A DNA stretch of 64,000 nt from Callorhinchus milii (GCF_018977255.1 NW_024704891.1:1-64000), one strand, 5' to 3'; shown: positions 10,963-24,600, numbered from the stretch's first letter. A program made the numbers and translations. The notes: generated by a model not told the origin, from the sequence alone.

Positions 10963-12497
10963 CACAGTGAGACAACCACATGGAGAGGCCGTACACAAAC
11001 CTCCAGTGATCAGCCGGCAATTCCACTCTTGTTCATCACAGTAACTGCTCGGCACTCACTGCCTCTTATATTTCCCCCAATTTCCTTGTTATTGACGGTG
11101 TGTTCATGTAATGACTGCAGGAATGTGGTGTCCTGTATCATTGTCGTTGTACACTCGCCTTGCAAACGAGAGAACTGGGTCTCTTTACAGGTCATGAGAG
11201 CGCTGAACCCGACCCAAGTTTTCTTTATTGAAACTCCCGCAAATGTTTGTCCAAGGATAAGTATGAAACTTTGGCAAAGACTAAACAAAATGCTTTAATA
11301 AGAATAATTAAAACACGTTCCACAACTAGATATTTGAGGCATTGCTCTGCCCAATTGGCTGCGTAATTTATCCGCAAATCGTGCAATCAATTTGCTTTAC
11401 ATTATCAAAACACAAAATACTGCAGATGCTGGAATCTGAAACAAAAACAGAGAGAGAGGGAAAACTCAACAGATTAGATCCCATCTATTGAGAAAGCAAA
11501 GAGAATAATTTTTTTCCGGTCCACGACTCTTCGTCAGAACTGGGGTCCGTTGGGTGGGTGAGAGGTTTCTAAGGGCAAGTTAAGGACAAATCCTGTCCCC
11601 CACTCTCAACTTGTCCTTTTGTTAATTTACATTATATTCTTCGAGGCAATTTCGGCCGTCTAAAAGATGCGATAAGATGTTGTACCAAATGAAAGGATTA
11701 AACCGATATTTCTCCGCTTGATCTGGATTTGAATAACCATAATCATGATGATGGGTTTCCACATGTGACAGATTCCTAATTAACGAAAATAAATGGTAAA
11801 TTATGAAGTCTGATTCTGCGAACTACACAGTATAGTGCAATGACATGAAGCTGTGAATTAGGCCAGAAAACGTTTTGAACAAACAAACCAACCTGTTTTT
11901 TACCCAAATGGCTGTAACCCGGAAACAGAGACCGGAAAGGGGCGGGAAGGAAACTTTCAACTAACTGGGGCAGAGACATCTGCGAAACTGTTGACTTCAC
12001 GTGGATCCTCCCTTTTCGTTTTGAACCCTCTCAATGGCTCGTTACCAAATTGACAATGTGCCCCCGGGAATGTGACACCAACACACATGAGGCCATTCAC
12101 GAGCCGTCTGCACACACTCAGCGGCCTCCACTGAATACCACGTCCAACCTTCTTTTTGACTATCTATCTGATAATAATTCTTGCCATTTGATACAGCGCC
12201 TATCAAATCAACGAGACACCACAAATCGCTTGACAGACAATACTGCAAAGTTAGTGACTGCGTATTTCACGCGCGAAACTCGAGTACGAATTGGACACAG
12301 CAGAGATCCTCAAACAGTCGTGGATTGAGTGACAATTTTTTTTCAGGGACAATTTCAACTGGAACGGTATCGGCAAATCGACTAACAAGCAGGTTTCCTA
12401 CCTATTATTCGGTAGACAGAAGGGCTTGGAATAAGGAAACCTGCCTAAAGTTTAAAGGAAACTTGCATTTCTTCACCAAAGCGCTGAAAGATTGGCT

Positions 12498-12946
12498 ATG
12501 AAGCGCCAGTACACTTTGCTCTTCATCCTCCTGAAAGCTGCCGTGTTCCTCTGGGGTGAGCATGTTTCACCGATAAACCCCGCTTGAGCTTTGTGAGTCA
12601 TTGTATTTACTTCGACCACAATTAACGAGTGAGTTTCATTAACAGATTTTCTTGTATTTTCCAGGAGTGAGTGGTCAGGATACAGTCTCACAGTCGCCAC
12701 TCTCTGTGACTGTTTGGCAGAAGGAACACGTGTTTATCAGCTGTTCCACAACAGATACCAGTCAGGCCTTACAATGGTACAGACAGTATCCGAACCAGGC
12801 TCTCACACACTTGGTAACAGGAAAGACAGGAGAGCAGCAGAAGGAGAGGATCACAGCTACGATGAGCTATAGAGACGGGAAAAGTAATCTGAGTATCAGA
12901 CACACCGAAGTGACAGACGCCGCCACCTATTTGTGTGCAGTGGAGA
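12498..12946 (+). CDS. TRAV: TCR V segment V4 (MKC/MKR family)
   Basis: Leader 12498-12555; V exon 12665-12946; RSS CACAGTG 12947-12953, 23 bp, ACACAAACC 12977-12985. Confidence 0.9.
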
Positions 12947-13605
12947 CACAGTGAGACAGTTACATAGAGAGGCCGTACACAAACCTCCAGTGATCTGCCA
13001 GCAATTCCGCTCTTGTTCATCACAATAACTGCTCAGCACTCATTGCCTCTCAGTTTCCCTCAATTTGCTTGTTAACGAAGGGATGTCTATGTCATGTCTG
13101 CAGGACATGTGGTGTCCTGTAGCTCAATAGTGAGAGCGAAAGGACCTGGTTCGATTCCGGGCTGATTGCTTTTACGGGGTTAATGATTCCTTCAAAATGA
13201 CAAAACATATTAAAAAATTAGTCACACAACCCAATGGGACACTGAAGTTAAGACTCGGCTGCTTTGTTTCGCTCACACAGTATGAAGCCAATTCGTTTAC
13301 CGTGTATTATGTGAAGCACTTTGCGGCGTCTGGAAGATGCAGCAATGTGCAATAGCGAATGAAAAGTTTACAACTATAATTAAATTTAATCATGTTATTG
13401 TCGCAGTAATAACCTCAAAGTCCTGCTCTCTGTGGCTAAGCCGCCATATATACGAGCCTTTCTGTGGTGTTTTAATCAGCAGGATAACATCAAATACAAA
13501 AACTCATATTCAAATACAGCCATACGTAACGGGAAATAAAAAATGGGCAGAAAGATATTTGCCATCAAATGTCTCCAATTATACAGGTGTTGCAGCTGCA
13601 ATTCA

Positions 13606-13710
13606 CCAGCAGAAGGCGAACCCAGCACACATATAACATGAGCTGCAACTTATACAACTTTATCACTTTCCTTTCTCAGCTCGCCTTGCCGGCACTAACA
13701 GGTGCTTCCT
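13606..13710 (+). promoter_or_regulatory. CTCF-like core + E-box/ETS module copy 2
   Basis: CCAGCAGAAGGCGA 13606-13619; CAGGTG 13699-13704 + CTTCCT. Confidence 0.55.
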
Positions 13711-15128
13711 TTTACAGTTGGCATTGGTTCCTTCATACACTATTTCTGCTTCAGCTGAAACATACAAAGGTCTCTCTAAAGCATAAGTAACAAAAGGTTT
13801 AGTTCACTGAAGAAGCAGCTTCTGTGTCACTTTTTCTATATCTGTCTCCCAAATAACCAGTCGCCCTTAATCCGATCTCTCTGCTGTATAGTGCTTCTCT
13901 CCTGAAATGTTGTCGATATGGCTACCACCACACTTTCAGGCAATATATTCATGCAGTATACTGTGGGAAGCGCTTTCAGACGCATCACCGGCATCATATG
14001 TCAAAGGAACAAATGCAAACATATATATTATTATTCCTGGTTCAGGGTCACATTTATGTTGCAGTGTCTTACCACTGGGTGTCTCTCGGGCGCTGAAATT
14101 CTGACAAGACACCACTGGCTTGAAAGCCTGTGAAAAATGGATCAATAAAGCATATTCCTGCACACCGCTTCTAACCGTTTTCAGAAGGTTGCCAACCGCA
14201 TCCCATTGCTTGGTTGACACTTTCCATTCTGAGCAACAGATATACTCGAAACGTAGATTATTGGAATCAAAGTTTATTACAAATTGTATGGGATCAGTCG
14301 ACATAATGTACGGGTGTTTCAGGATTCTCTGACTGTTCTGCTCCCACAATTAATGAAAAATCTATTCCACATATCCGAATCAATCCTAAACCTGGTTTCT
14401 ACAGAATATAGAGATTTTTGGTATCTCTCTTCCTGAAACACAAATTTCTTCATACAGTATTCCTGCAAGTCGACCCATTATTAAGATCTGTGCTCTTTGC
14501 CAAAGCACATCTGGGTCCTATAGGTTGGTGGTTAGAACATTAGCCTCGCATGCAGTGGAGATTCACAGCATTGAGCAATTCTGCGCAAATTTGCTTACTG
14601 CACACGCTTCTGTTTAACCGACCAGTGAATAGGAACCCGGTTATCAGCCGAATGGCGAACAGTTTGCCAGGGGAATAACACCGTAAGAAAGTGGTAAATT
14701 GGTCACGCATTCAAGGATTGTATGCCTGGCACAGCTGTGTGCATCAGGTTGCCGAGGTTCACTCTAAAAGCACAGTCAAATTATTTTACCGTATATTCCA
14801 CAGACAATGCGAGACGTGTCCAAGACCTAATAAGGCACTTAGTATTATTATTATTTGTATAATTTCTTGAGTCTTTGTACTCAGGTCTCTCTGCACTGTC
14901 TCTTTGTTGCGTTACTATTGTTTGCCACAGCGAGGAGAAGTGAATCTGAATGTAAACGTTAGGGGGAGTCGCAATGCACCTCCACCAAAGATCACAGACA
15001 AGATAATGACGCGGGGATAAGAGACAACTCCTTAAATGGAGAAAAGTTTATCAACCAGACGCTACGTTTAGATAAATTCTCGTTACATTTCAACGGAAGA
15101 CATTGACGTGAATCGACGGCAGTTGAGA

Positions 15129-15317
15129 ATGAAGCAGAATCACAAATCAAAATATATTATTTTGAATGTAATACTATTCCTACGGTGTGAGTAGATAATG
15201 GTTGTGTGCAAGCAAACGCTTTTATTTCCTGATAAATAATTACGAACTGTCGTGGCAGATGTTTTCCGAATTCCTTTCCAAAAATATTCATTTCTACTTT
15301 CTTTCCAGGTGTCTTGG
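15129..15317 (+). pseudogene. MKQN-family V pseudogene (leader intact, V exon and RSS deleted)
   Basis: Leader 15129-15186 and acceptor at 15307-15308 match V9/V17. After gtgtcttgg the sequence jumps to the SINE that in V9 lies 3' of the RSS. Confidence 0.85.
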
Positions 15318-16939
15318 GTTCGGTTTCCGTTCGGGCAAAATGTTGTGCTACTTTTCTTACTCCACATGCGTCTGTTTACCGCGCAGTGTGCAGCAACATG
15401 TCTGTTAGTTGACTGGCAGATCGCTTTTCCGGTGCTAATAATTGCTTTAAAAAGAAAAGAGAAATTCACTTCATTCTACAATAGATTGTGGGACACTGCT
15501 GTGTGCATTCGGCTGCCGTATTTATCCCATAATAGACACAGTCAATTCCCTTCACAGTACAACCAACGAAATGCTGCATAATGTCACGAAGACGTGATCA
15601 AGGACTGTATCAAATGCAAGGTTTATTATGTCTGTATTGCTTTACTGAGCCGGAAATAGGAACCAGGTTGACAGGAGGTTGGATAATCGCTTTTAGTCGA
15701 TTATAAAAGTTGATCACTCGATCGAAGACTGTTTGCGAGACACGGCTGTGCGCACGTAGCTACAAGTTGTTGTCTACAAAATACACTGTCGATACACTTT
15801 TTCCTGCGAAGTTCGTATAGACTACTCGAAAAAGTGATCAGGTTTGATATGCAAGGCATTGGCGATTATTATATCACACAGGTTGGTTTGGATATTAAAA
15901 AGAATGGCTATGGGTGTCCCCACATTGGTCAGACACCGGTTAAGAAAAATAAATGTGAATCTGTGAAGTATCATTCATCGAAATAAATCGTACAACGCAG
16001 TTACTTGTAGAATTTGATTATGCTAAGAAACTTGTGCTTTGTCCCCAAACCGCTGTAACCCAGTAGCCTTGAGCGGAGAGTGGCAAGAGGAAAACTCTCA
16101 ACTAAGTGGGGGTGAGACAGCTGAGAAACTGCTGACGAAACGTGGCTCCTACCCTTTCGTTTTGAACCCTCTCAATGGCTCGTTTCACTTCGTTACCAAA
16201 TTGACAGCTGCCCCCGGGGATGTGAAGCCAACACACATTAGGTCATTGTCTTGCCATCTGCAAACACTCAGTGGCTTCCACTGAATACCTTTTCCTGCCT
16301 TCTTTTGCTTATATGTATTACAACAAACCTTGACATTGAATAGAGCGAATAATTTCGCCTCTGAGATGTCTCAATGTGCTTCACCGAATATACTCTAAAT
16401 TATATTGGCTGTGCATTTTGAGAGCGAAACAGGATATTTATACCGAGAAAGTAAACCAGCAATCTACCTAACTACCAGATTCCTACTTACTGCGCTGTAA
16501 ACAGTGTTGAGTGTGGAGTAAGGAAATTTGACCAACAGTTGACCATGTCGGGAATCGAACAGATATCTCTCGCTTGGGGCGATGGCTTTATTCCGTGAGC
16601 TACATAACTCTACTGATTGTACATATATGTGAACTCGTTTATGAGCGTTTGATTAACTTACATATGAGTGTATCTTGCTACAGGTTTCAGACACACGATT
16701 GAACAAAAACATATTAGTGATGGAAGAGAACCAATGGAGGAGCGATACGGCAGAGCAGAGAAAATGACGCAGAGAAACAAGGTTTGTACGTAACCCTCAG
16801 ACCCTCTCCCTCACAGTGTAGAGTAACTTCTCCAGGTTATTCCTGTTCAGTACTCCTCACCGTATCTTCCTCTCTCCCAGCCAACATTCTCCAGCTGCAC
16901 CATCAACGTTCCCTCAACGCCCTTTGACATTAAATGTAT

Positions 16940-18080
16940 ATGATAATGTATATCTATGTGGTAGCAACCATCATTGCCTTATCAGGTAAGCGATAAACTA
17001 ACTCTATCAGCCTGTTTCCTGTACATATTATCAAATGCTTATGCTTTATTTAAGGAACTTACAAAATTTTCTACTGCAGAAGGCTGAAGGTGCTCAGTCC
17101 ATGTACAGGTTCAAGACTGAGATTGATAGATTTCTAAAGGATAGAAGGTTTAAGGGATATGGGGATCAGGAGTGCAGATAGAGTTAGGTTAGAAGATCAG
17201 CCATGATATTATTGAATGGCTAGGCTGGCAGGAGGCTCCGAAAGGCCTACTCCTGTTCCTGATTTCTATGTTCGTATGTTCCTATTTTTATTGTATAAAA
17301 CAACCAATACGCTACCTGCCTCATGGAGAAGTCTAGCTCAGCGGACAAGGAACTGGTCTCGTCAGCGAGATGACCTGGTTTCGATTCCCGGGCGAGACAG
17401 TGCGAAACCCTCTGCAAGGTACCTTACACCACAAACACACACGCTGTTTGCCCAGAAGTCAGTAGATACACGTTTGTTAATCGATTGTTGGAATACATTT
17501 CGTTTGTAAATAATCCTTTAAAAAAATGTATACTGATATTAACATTAAGAATGGTGTCAATCATTCCATTACTGTTTGTGGGTGAATGTTGTGCACAATT
17601 AACTGCCACTTATCGCCCACAAATTGCAAAGCAAAAGTGTATTATGTGCACCATTTGCAGACACCGCAACCATGTGATTAGGGGCTATATCAAAACCAAT
17701 AATTATTCATGTTATTATTATTATTTTTATTATTGCTCATCAACGCTGATGTGTTTTTCTTTCCCAGGACATTGTGGAGGAGATTCTGTGACACAGCTGC
17801 AATCCACTCTGACAGTGAATGAAGGGGAGAATGTTTATATGCAGTGCAATTATACAGCTACAAGCACCAGCGATCCCTATCTGTTCTGGTACCGTCACTA
17901 TCCCAATAAAGCTCCAGAATATATCCTAAGAACAGACACCAGCAACAAGTTCCCGGACCACGCGGACTTCGCAGAAGGACGTTTCTCAACGAATGTGTCT
18001 AAAGGGGAGAGAACCGTCCCATTAAATATATCGCAAATGAGAGTTACAGACTCCGCGGGGTATTCCTGTGCACTGAGCTC
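16940..18080 (+). CDS. TRAV: TCR V segment V5 (GHCGG family)
   Basis: Leader 16940-16985; V exon 17768-18080 (YSC instead of YYC); RSS CACAGAG 18081-18087, 23 bp, ACAAGAACT 18111-18119. Confidence 0.88.
17070..17282 (+). mobile_element. CR1-type LINE 3' end inside the V5 leader intron
   Basis: ..ttcaagactgagattgatagatttcta..aagggatatgggg..gatcagccatgat..gaatggc..ggcctactcctgttcct..tatgttcgtatgtt, a typical CR1 3' terminus with a short-repeat tail. Confidence 0.7.
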
Positions 18081-18483
18081 CACAGAGGCACAGATCAGCG
18101 ATTCCGCCCTACAAGAACTGCCTGTAGCTAAATGTTTATAGCACTCGCCTCGAAAGCAACCAAGCAAGCAAGATACGGGGGTTCAATTCACGGCAAAGTA
18201 TTTTGTGGCGTTTCGAAGATCTGATTTTGCACTGTATTAAATGCAACGATACTTATTATTATTAAGTACGATCATGTTATTTTCACAGAAATACTTCATA
18301 TATTTTGCTTTCTGCGGAGATCTGCACATGGTAGTCTTCCTCTGCTAATTGAACAAGTCGGAAAAAATAAGAAATATTAATTTTCATTAACGTAGCGACA
18401 TTCGTAACGGGAAAGTTATGACGGGCCGAAAGCAATTTGCTATCAACTGTCTCCAAATATACATGTGCTGTAGCTCCAATCCA

Positions 18484-18591
18484 ACAGCAGTAGTCGCACT
18501 AAAGACACACATAACATGAGCAGCGACTGACATAACTTCTCACGTTCCTTTCTGTAACTAACATCCTTGGCAGCAATAACAGGTGCTTCCT
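18484..18591 (+). promoter_or_regulatory. Module copy 3 (CTCF core decayed, E-box/ETS intact)
   Basis: ACAGCAGTAGTCGC at 18484; CAGGTG 18580-18585 + CTTCCT. Confidence 0.45.
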
Positions 18592-19161
18592 CTTACATTT
18601 GACATAGTTTCCTGATATGCACTGTTGCTACTTCAGCTGAAGTGTAAAAACTTTGAAGCATTATGATCACAAAACTTCGGTTGCTCAGGAAACATTATTT
18701 GCTTCACTTTTTATAGGTGTTGTCTTTGTCCAACACAAGCAGCCATCCTTAAGTGGATCTCACTTCGGTAATAAATATGTTAATTTTCGTTAAGATCTAT
18801 GCAGTCCTTTATATTTGTTTAGCTTGAAAAAGAGATTACAACCGACCTATTTTAATTTAGCTTTAGAATTCAAGAACTATCTCGTATCGCCTGTGAGATG
18901 AAACTGCCGAACTGGGTCCAAAACCAACAACATTCAGACGCATAAAAGCAAGTACCAGTAACAGAGGCAGACCCATTGGCTCCCAATCACCATCAGATCA
19001 AGTTCAAGTTCCTCTGGTTAGTGGGAAACGCCTACAGTTGTAAAAAATAAACCATTCAACACGTCAGATCAGCCGCTGCCTCACAACTTGTCACTGAAGC
19101 AGCAACACAGCGATGTACAAAGGAAGAGATCCCATTATCTGTCCACACCACAGCAGCCAAC

Positions 19162-19747
19162 ATGACAGCTCACTGCCAGTTACTGATAGCAATCCTCACC
19201 ATAGCCAGTAAGTATGTGTGGACATGCACAGTGCACGATGTTTACATCATAAAATTTCCCAATAATATCGGTGTAATTCTGCTGAATTCAACTGTCTGCT
19301 CAATTTCGCTCAAAAATATAACTAATTCGCTTTACACTATATTCCGTGGTTTGTTTTAGACGTCTGAACCGTGTGATAACGTGCAACATAAAATGGATAA
19401 AAGCGAATTTTAAGTAGCTCGGAAAAATGTGTTGTTGGTGCTTTTGCAGAAGTGAGCGGGCAAGATGTTGCATCACAATATCCTCGCGAGAAAACAGAAA
19501 TTGAAGGGCAAGACGTGATACTAAACTGCAATATTTCAAGATTGGACATTGTCTTCTGGTACAGGCAAAACCCCGGCGGAGCTCTTCGATACGAGCTCAG
19601 GATATTTGCCTCTGGAAAGGTAGACAAATCTCCTGATCTACCCGAACGATTCACTGCTGAACTGATCAAGGAAAATAAAGTAATTAAGCTGCAGATACTC
19701 GGGGCTGTTGTGGGTGACAGCGATGTTTATTACTGTGCCCTGGAGCC
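19162..19747 (+). CDS. TRAV: TCR V segment V6 (MTAL family), open frame with defective RSS heptamer
   Basis: Leader 19162-19207; V exon 19450-19747; heptamer TACACTG 19748-19754, 23 bp, ACAAAAACT 19778-19786. Confidence 0.85.
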
Positions 19748-20488
19748 TACACTGTTACAGGAAGGCACATAACGCGTACAAAAACTCAGCAGAAAGTCAT
19801 GACTTCCGCTCACGTATTTAATTTGGTGCTTTCAACAAACTGATGCGGTTATACAATGACAACAAGGAGAGTGGTGTCAACAGGCTGTGCTGTCTTGTTG
19901 TGTATGGGATTAAGCAGTCGTTTTGCAAGCTAAGGGGACCGGTTTCTTTAGAAAAAAACGCTTTTTCCTGCCAGCAGACAGCGGTTGAACATAACAACAA
20001 AAGAGAACTAATGCACCAGAATGTAGCCCAAAATAGATATACCTCACCAAGACTGGTCTCTTGCCTATGACCACCTCGTAATCTGTTAAATTAAGCAAAC
20101 ACTATGCGTTCCTCCAGGGAGAAGGAGAAAATTCGTTTCCATAGGCACATTTACACGCGAAAATGGCATATGTATGTGGAACTGATGAATGGGTTTTCGT
20201 GAACTGGAATATGGGTGTAACTTGGTGCAGTCACACTGCTCAAAGAAGACATGTCACTGATGGAAGAGAAGCATTGGATGAGCGAGACGGCAGAGCAGAG
20301 AAGGTGACGCATTTTGCCAGAGGCACAAAGTTTTTACATAACCCTCAGACCTGCTCCCTCACACTATATGACAACTTCTATATGTTATTTCCTGTTTAGC
20401 TCTCCTCACGGTATCTTACAGCCTCCCAGCCAACTTTCTCGAACTCCACCATCAACGCACTCGCAACGTCCCGTGACATTAAATACAC

Positions 20489-21336
20489 ATGGCAATGTAT
20501 GTCTATGTGGTAGCAGTGATCATTAACTTGTCAGGTAAGCGACAAACTCGCTCTATTAGTCTGCGTCATTTGCATATTATCCAATGAATATATATTTTGC
20601 ATTACATAACCAATACTGTACACGACTCATGCATTCCTGCAGCAAACGTGTTGACTTGGGTTTAGTTCCCGGCTTGGACATAGCGAAACCTCAGGCAAGT
20701 TTCCTTCCTCCACACACGCACCACTTTTTACATCGAGATATGTACGTACCCGTTCGTTGGTCGATCGTCGGATCAGTTTTCGGTGTTAATAATCGCTTAT
20801 CGGGTACCAGTAATAATAATGCTGTCAGTCAATCCATGACTTTTTATTAGGAGAATGTGGTGCGCAATTTGCTGCCACGTGTCGCCCACACAATATACAT
20901 TCTCAGAATATTCTATGAAGCATTTGGAGACGCAATGATGTAGTATGGCGCTGTATGAAAAGCAATAATTTGTATTATGATTATTGTTATGGTATTGAAC
21001 GCTGATATGGGTCTGGATCCCAGGACATTGTGGAGGAGAGGCTGAGACACAGCTCCAATCTACTGTGACAGGGACTGAAGTGGAGGATGTTTACCTGCAG
21101 TGCAATTATACAGCTACAAGCGAATACAATACCTATCTGTTCTGGTACCGTCACTTTCCCAACAGACCTCCAGAATATATCTTTAGCACAGACACCAACA
21201 ACAGGATCAAGAACGGTGCGGACTTTGCAGAAGAACGTTTCTCAACGAATGTGTCTAAAGCGGAGAGAACCGTCCCATTAAATATATTGCAAGTGAGAGT
21301 TACAGACTCCGCGGGGTATTACTGTGCACTGAGCCC
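20489..21336 (+). CDS. TRAV: TCR V segment V7 (GHCGG family)
   Basis: Leader 20489-20534; V exon 21024-21336; RSS CACAGAG 21337-21343, 23 bp, ACAAAAACT 21367-21375. Confidence 0.9.
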
Positions 21337-22736
21337 CACAGAGGCACAGATCAGCGGTTCCGCCCTACAAAAACTGCCATGTGGGGTCCTGTAGCTCAGT
21401 GGTTACAGCACTTGCCTTACAAGTGATAGACGTTGGTTCAATGACCTGCAGAACGAATCATTGTGCAACTTTCCTTATTCCACACACTAGTCTCTGGTTA
21501 CCAGCAGTAAATAGGAAGCAGGTTGTTAATCGGTTGGAGTATCGATTTTTCAGAGGCAATAATTCCATCTGAATAATAGTGTTAATAATAATTTGGTCAC
21601 TTCATCCAATGAGTCAACGACAATTACAATTTGCTGCCGTGCTTCGCCCTCACACTATGCAGTCAATTCGTTTACTGCATATTGAATGAAGCACTGAGTG
21701 GCGTCTCGAAGATGTGATATGGCGCTGTATCAAACGCAACTATTATTATTGTTGTTATTAACTGTAGTCATGTTATCATTCCAGTAATAATTAAAAATGT
21801 CTTGCATTCTGGGGAGCGCTGCCATGTGCAAAATTCTTACTATGCTGCATTAGTCAGTAAGTAAACATCAAAACAAACTATTTCCGTTTATATTGCTTAA
21901 ACAAAAACTATTTCCGCTATCTGTAGAGAAACTGTTTCTGCTGGTGGTTGGGGGAATGCAGAATACGGCTGCAATAGAGCCAGTCCAGTTAGCAGAGAAG
22001 TTGGTAGGAAAAAAATACGAAAAATTTAAGGAAATCTGGAAAACTTCCACAAAGATTCTGGAGATGTTCGTTCCATTCATATTTTCCAGACTGAGTTGGA
22101 CACATTTATTTTAGCTCAGAATATCAAGGGTTACGAAGAAAAGGTTAGAATATGTGTTGAGAGATAAATCAAACATGATGTGATATAACGTTGGAACAAA
22201 CTCAAGGACCTGATGGTCTGCTCCTATTCCTAGTTAGCGCTTTCCACGTATGGGAGCGTTCTTGGCGAGTCACTAAAGAAACGAAACCATTTAGTGTATT
22301 GAAGTTAAAGAAGAATGAACATTTCATTTCATTTAAAGTCTAGTGAGCACATTTAACTTGCGACGACGTCCTGACGTGAACTGACTTGAATAAATGTCAA
22401 TATGTTGTCACTCTGGTGCAAAATGCTCCAAGTCAGCTAATTGTTCAGTCAAATGATATAATCGATGAAATAATAAGACAAGGAATTCAATAGAAATGGA
22501 GGAGCAAGTGGCGCAGCAAGTGTTAGCACAGAGACACGTCAATGTAAAATAATGTGAATGACACCGAATATCCGAATATTCCACAGAGGAAGATAAAATA
22601 TGGGGAACGAGCAGGGAAATTAGATTAATGCATAAACTTCCTGTGGAGAAGATAGCACCAAGGAAAAGTAAGACGGGCCCAAAATAATTATGCTATGAAA
22701 CCTCTCCAATTGTGTACGTATTGTAGTTGCAATCCA

Positions 22737-22847
22737 CCAGCAGATGGCGCACTAAACAAACACATATAACATGAGCTGCAACTCACATAATACGTCACGC
22801 TCCTTTCTGTAACTACCTTTCCTTTACAGCAGTAACAGGTGCTTCCT
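22737..22847 (+). promoter_or_regulatory. CTCF-like core + E-box/ETS module copy 4
   Basis: CCAGCAGATGGCGC 22737-22750; CAGGTG 22836-22841 + CTTCCTG. Confidence 0.65.
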
Positions 22848-23827
22848 GTTGCAGTTGACATATTTCACTCATACACACTATTGCTGCTTCAACAGAAATT
22901 TACAAATATTTGCCTGAAGTATTAACATAAGGCCTCGGTTGCTCATGAAACAATTTCTATCTCACCTATTTTATATTATTGCCTTTATTCTCGATTAGCA
23001 GCCGTTCTTAAATTGTTTTCTCCGCGGTATAGCAATTATCTGTTGACATTTGTTACAGTATCGGCTTCTGCCACACTTTCAGGCAATGCATTCAAGATCA
23101 GAACCACAGGCAGTGTGAAAAAAAAATCTGCTCCTTACAGTTTGTTCAGACCACTGCATTAAAAGTGAACATTAAGCTATTTAATACGTTTATTACTATG
23201 CAATTTAAAAAGATCATTGATATGTCATCCCGCAACTGAAACATTCGAAAGCGACGAAACTGCTCACTGTGAAATACAGTTTGGATTACGTTCTGCTGTT
23301 CTGGTCTGACACTCTAGAGCAGGCCTGGCTGTCAGTATTGTTGGTGAAGCTTGTCCTACCGAGGAGATATTAAACCCAGGCCCAGGCGGCTTGCATGAAG
23401 GGACTATAGTGATGCCATTGCAATGCTCCAGAAAGTTTTCAACCGGTGTCTGGGCAGACATTCCATCGGTTAAATTCATCTTTCATTCATAGCTGTTCGA
23501 AGGAAAGTGTTGCATACAAATTGTTTGAGGAGGTTTGAGACGTGTCGACTAAATGACAAGGCTGTATTTGATAAAAGCATTTCTGAAACCCGTGTGTTTG
23601 TGTGGGGGGAGTGGAGGGTGCGGAGCGCTCTAATGCAACGGAAGTGATTGGGCGATGCGCCTCAGTGCGGGCGGGGCAGTGACTGTGTGACGCAGCTCTG
23701 TGGGCGTGGCAGTGGCTGTGTGGGCGGGGCTCTGTGTGGGCGGGGCTATGACTGTGTGGCTGCTGAGCCAAAAAGCCCCATCAATCCACATTGGGGATTT
23801 AATGTCAGACACGGGATCAGGATGCTC

Positions 23828-24600
23828 ATGTGGGAGATATACGCTGTGCTCTCAATCACTCTCAGCTTACTATGCCGTTAGTATCTTTTGTAGATCTTTT
23901 TTTAATATCTTGTTGTACCTTTTACAACATTATAGTATGAATAATCGTTTGATTATATATTGTGCCTTTCCATATATTCGAGACGATTGTCAGCAGCACT
24001 TTTGATCAAACAGTCATTCAATGAGTGTCCAAATTATTATCTATTTTATTATTGATTTATTATTTAAGTGTTAATTACCCCTGGAAAAGAGAGATGCCAT
24101 TCAACAAACAACCTTGTTCCTGTTTACTGCTTATTAAACAGAGGTGTATGGAGCAAGAAAATTGTCTGGAGTTTCGCTGTGCCCTGATTCAAAAGCCAGA
24201 TAACTCTTGCTTGTGAGGCGAATGCTCTGACCAATACGTTACAGTCTCCACATTAGACAAACTTGCTGCTCAACCATATGTTCTTTTAAATCACAGAAAA
24301 CAGCCTGCAAGATATTGGGAATCAACCGATTGCTGAAATATCAGTTGAAGAGGGAAAAGATGTGAAATTATCCTGCACCTTACAGAAAATCAGTGATACC
24401 TCCTATCTCTATTGGTACAGACAGGTTTCCAGGAACGCTCCTGTCTTCATACTTCAGCCTGTTGCAGGGAAAGATAATAAGAGCCCTGATGTCCCCGATC
24501 GATTTTCCTCCAAAGTCGACAAAAGTAATAAAGATTTCAAACTGAGTATTGTCACCGTCCTGATCATGGACAGTGCCATGTATTACTGCGCCAAGGAGAC
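23828..24600 (+). CDS. TRAV: TCR V segment V8 (MWE family)
   Basis: Leader 23828-23876 (MWEIYAVLSITLSLLC, donor GTTAGT); V exon 24297-24600 in matching phase; RSS CACACTG 24601-24607, 23 bp, ACAAAAACT 24631-24639. Confidence 0.87.

Noticed and set aside
13936-14349. Minus-strand 137-aa ORF (and similar 25253..25582) as genes
   Set aside because: No start context or domain; at best faint similarity to old LINE RT remnants, too weak to annotate.
17485-18141. Long ORF-track proteins with extended N-termini (also 44142..44843, 5882..6265, 31557..31958)
   Set aside because: They are read-through from intron into V exon and RSS; real starts are the upstream leader exons.
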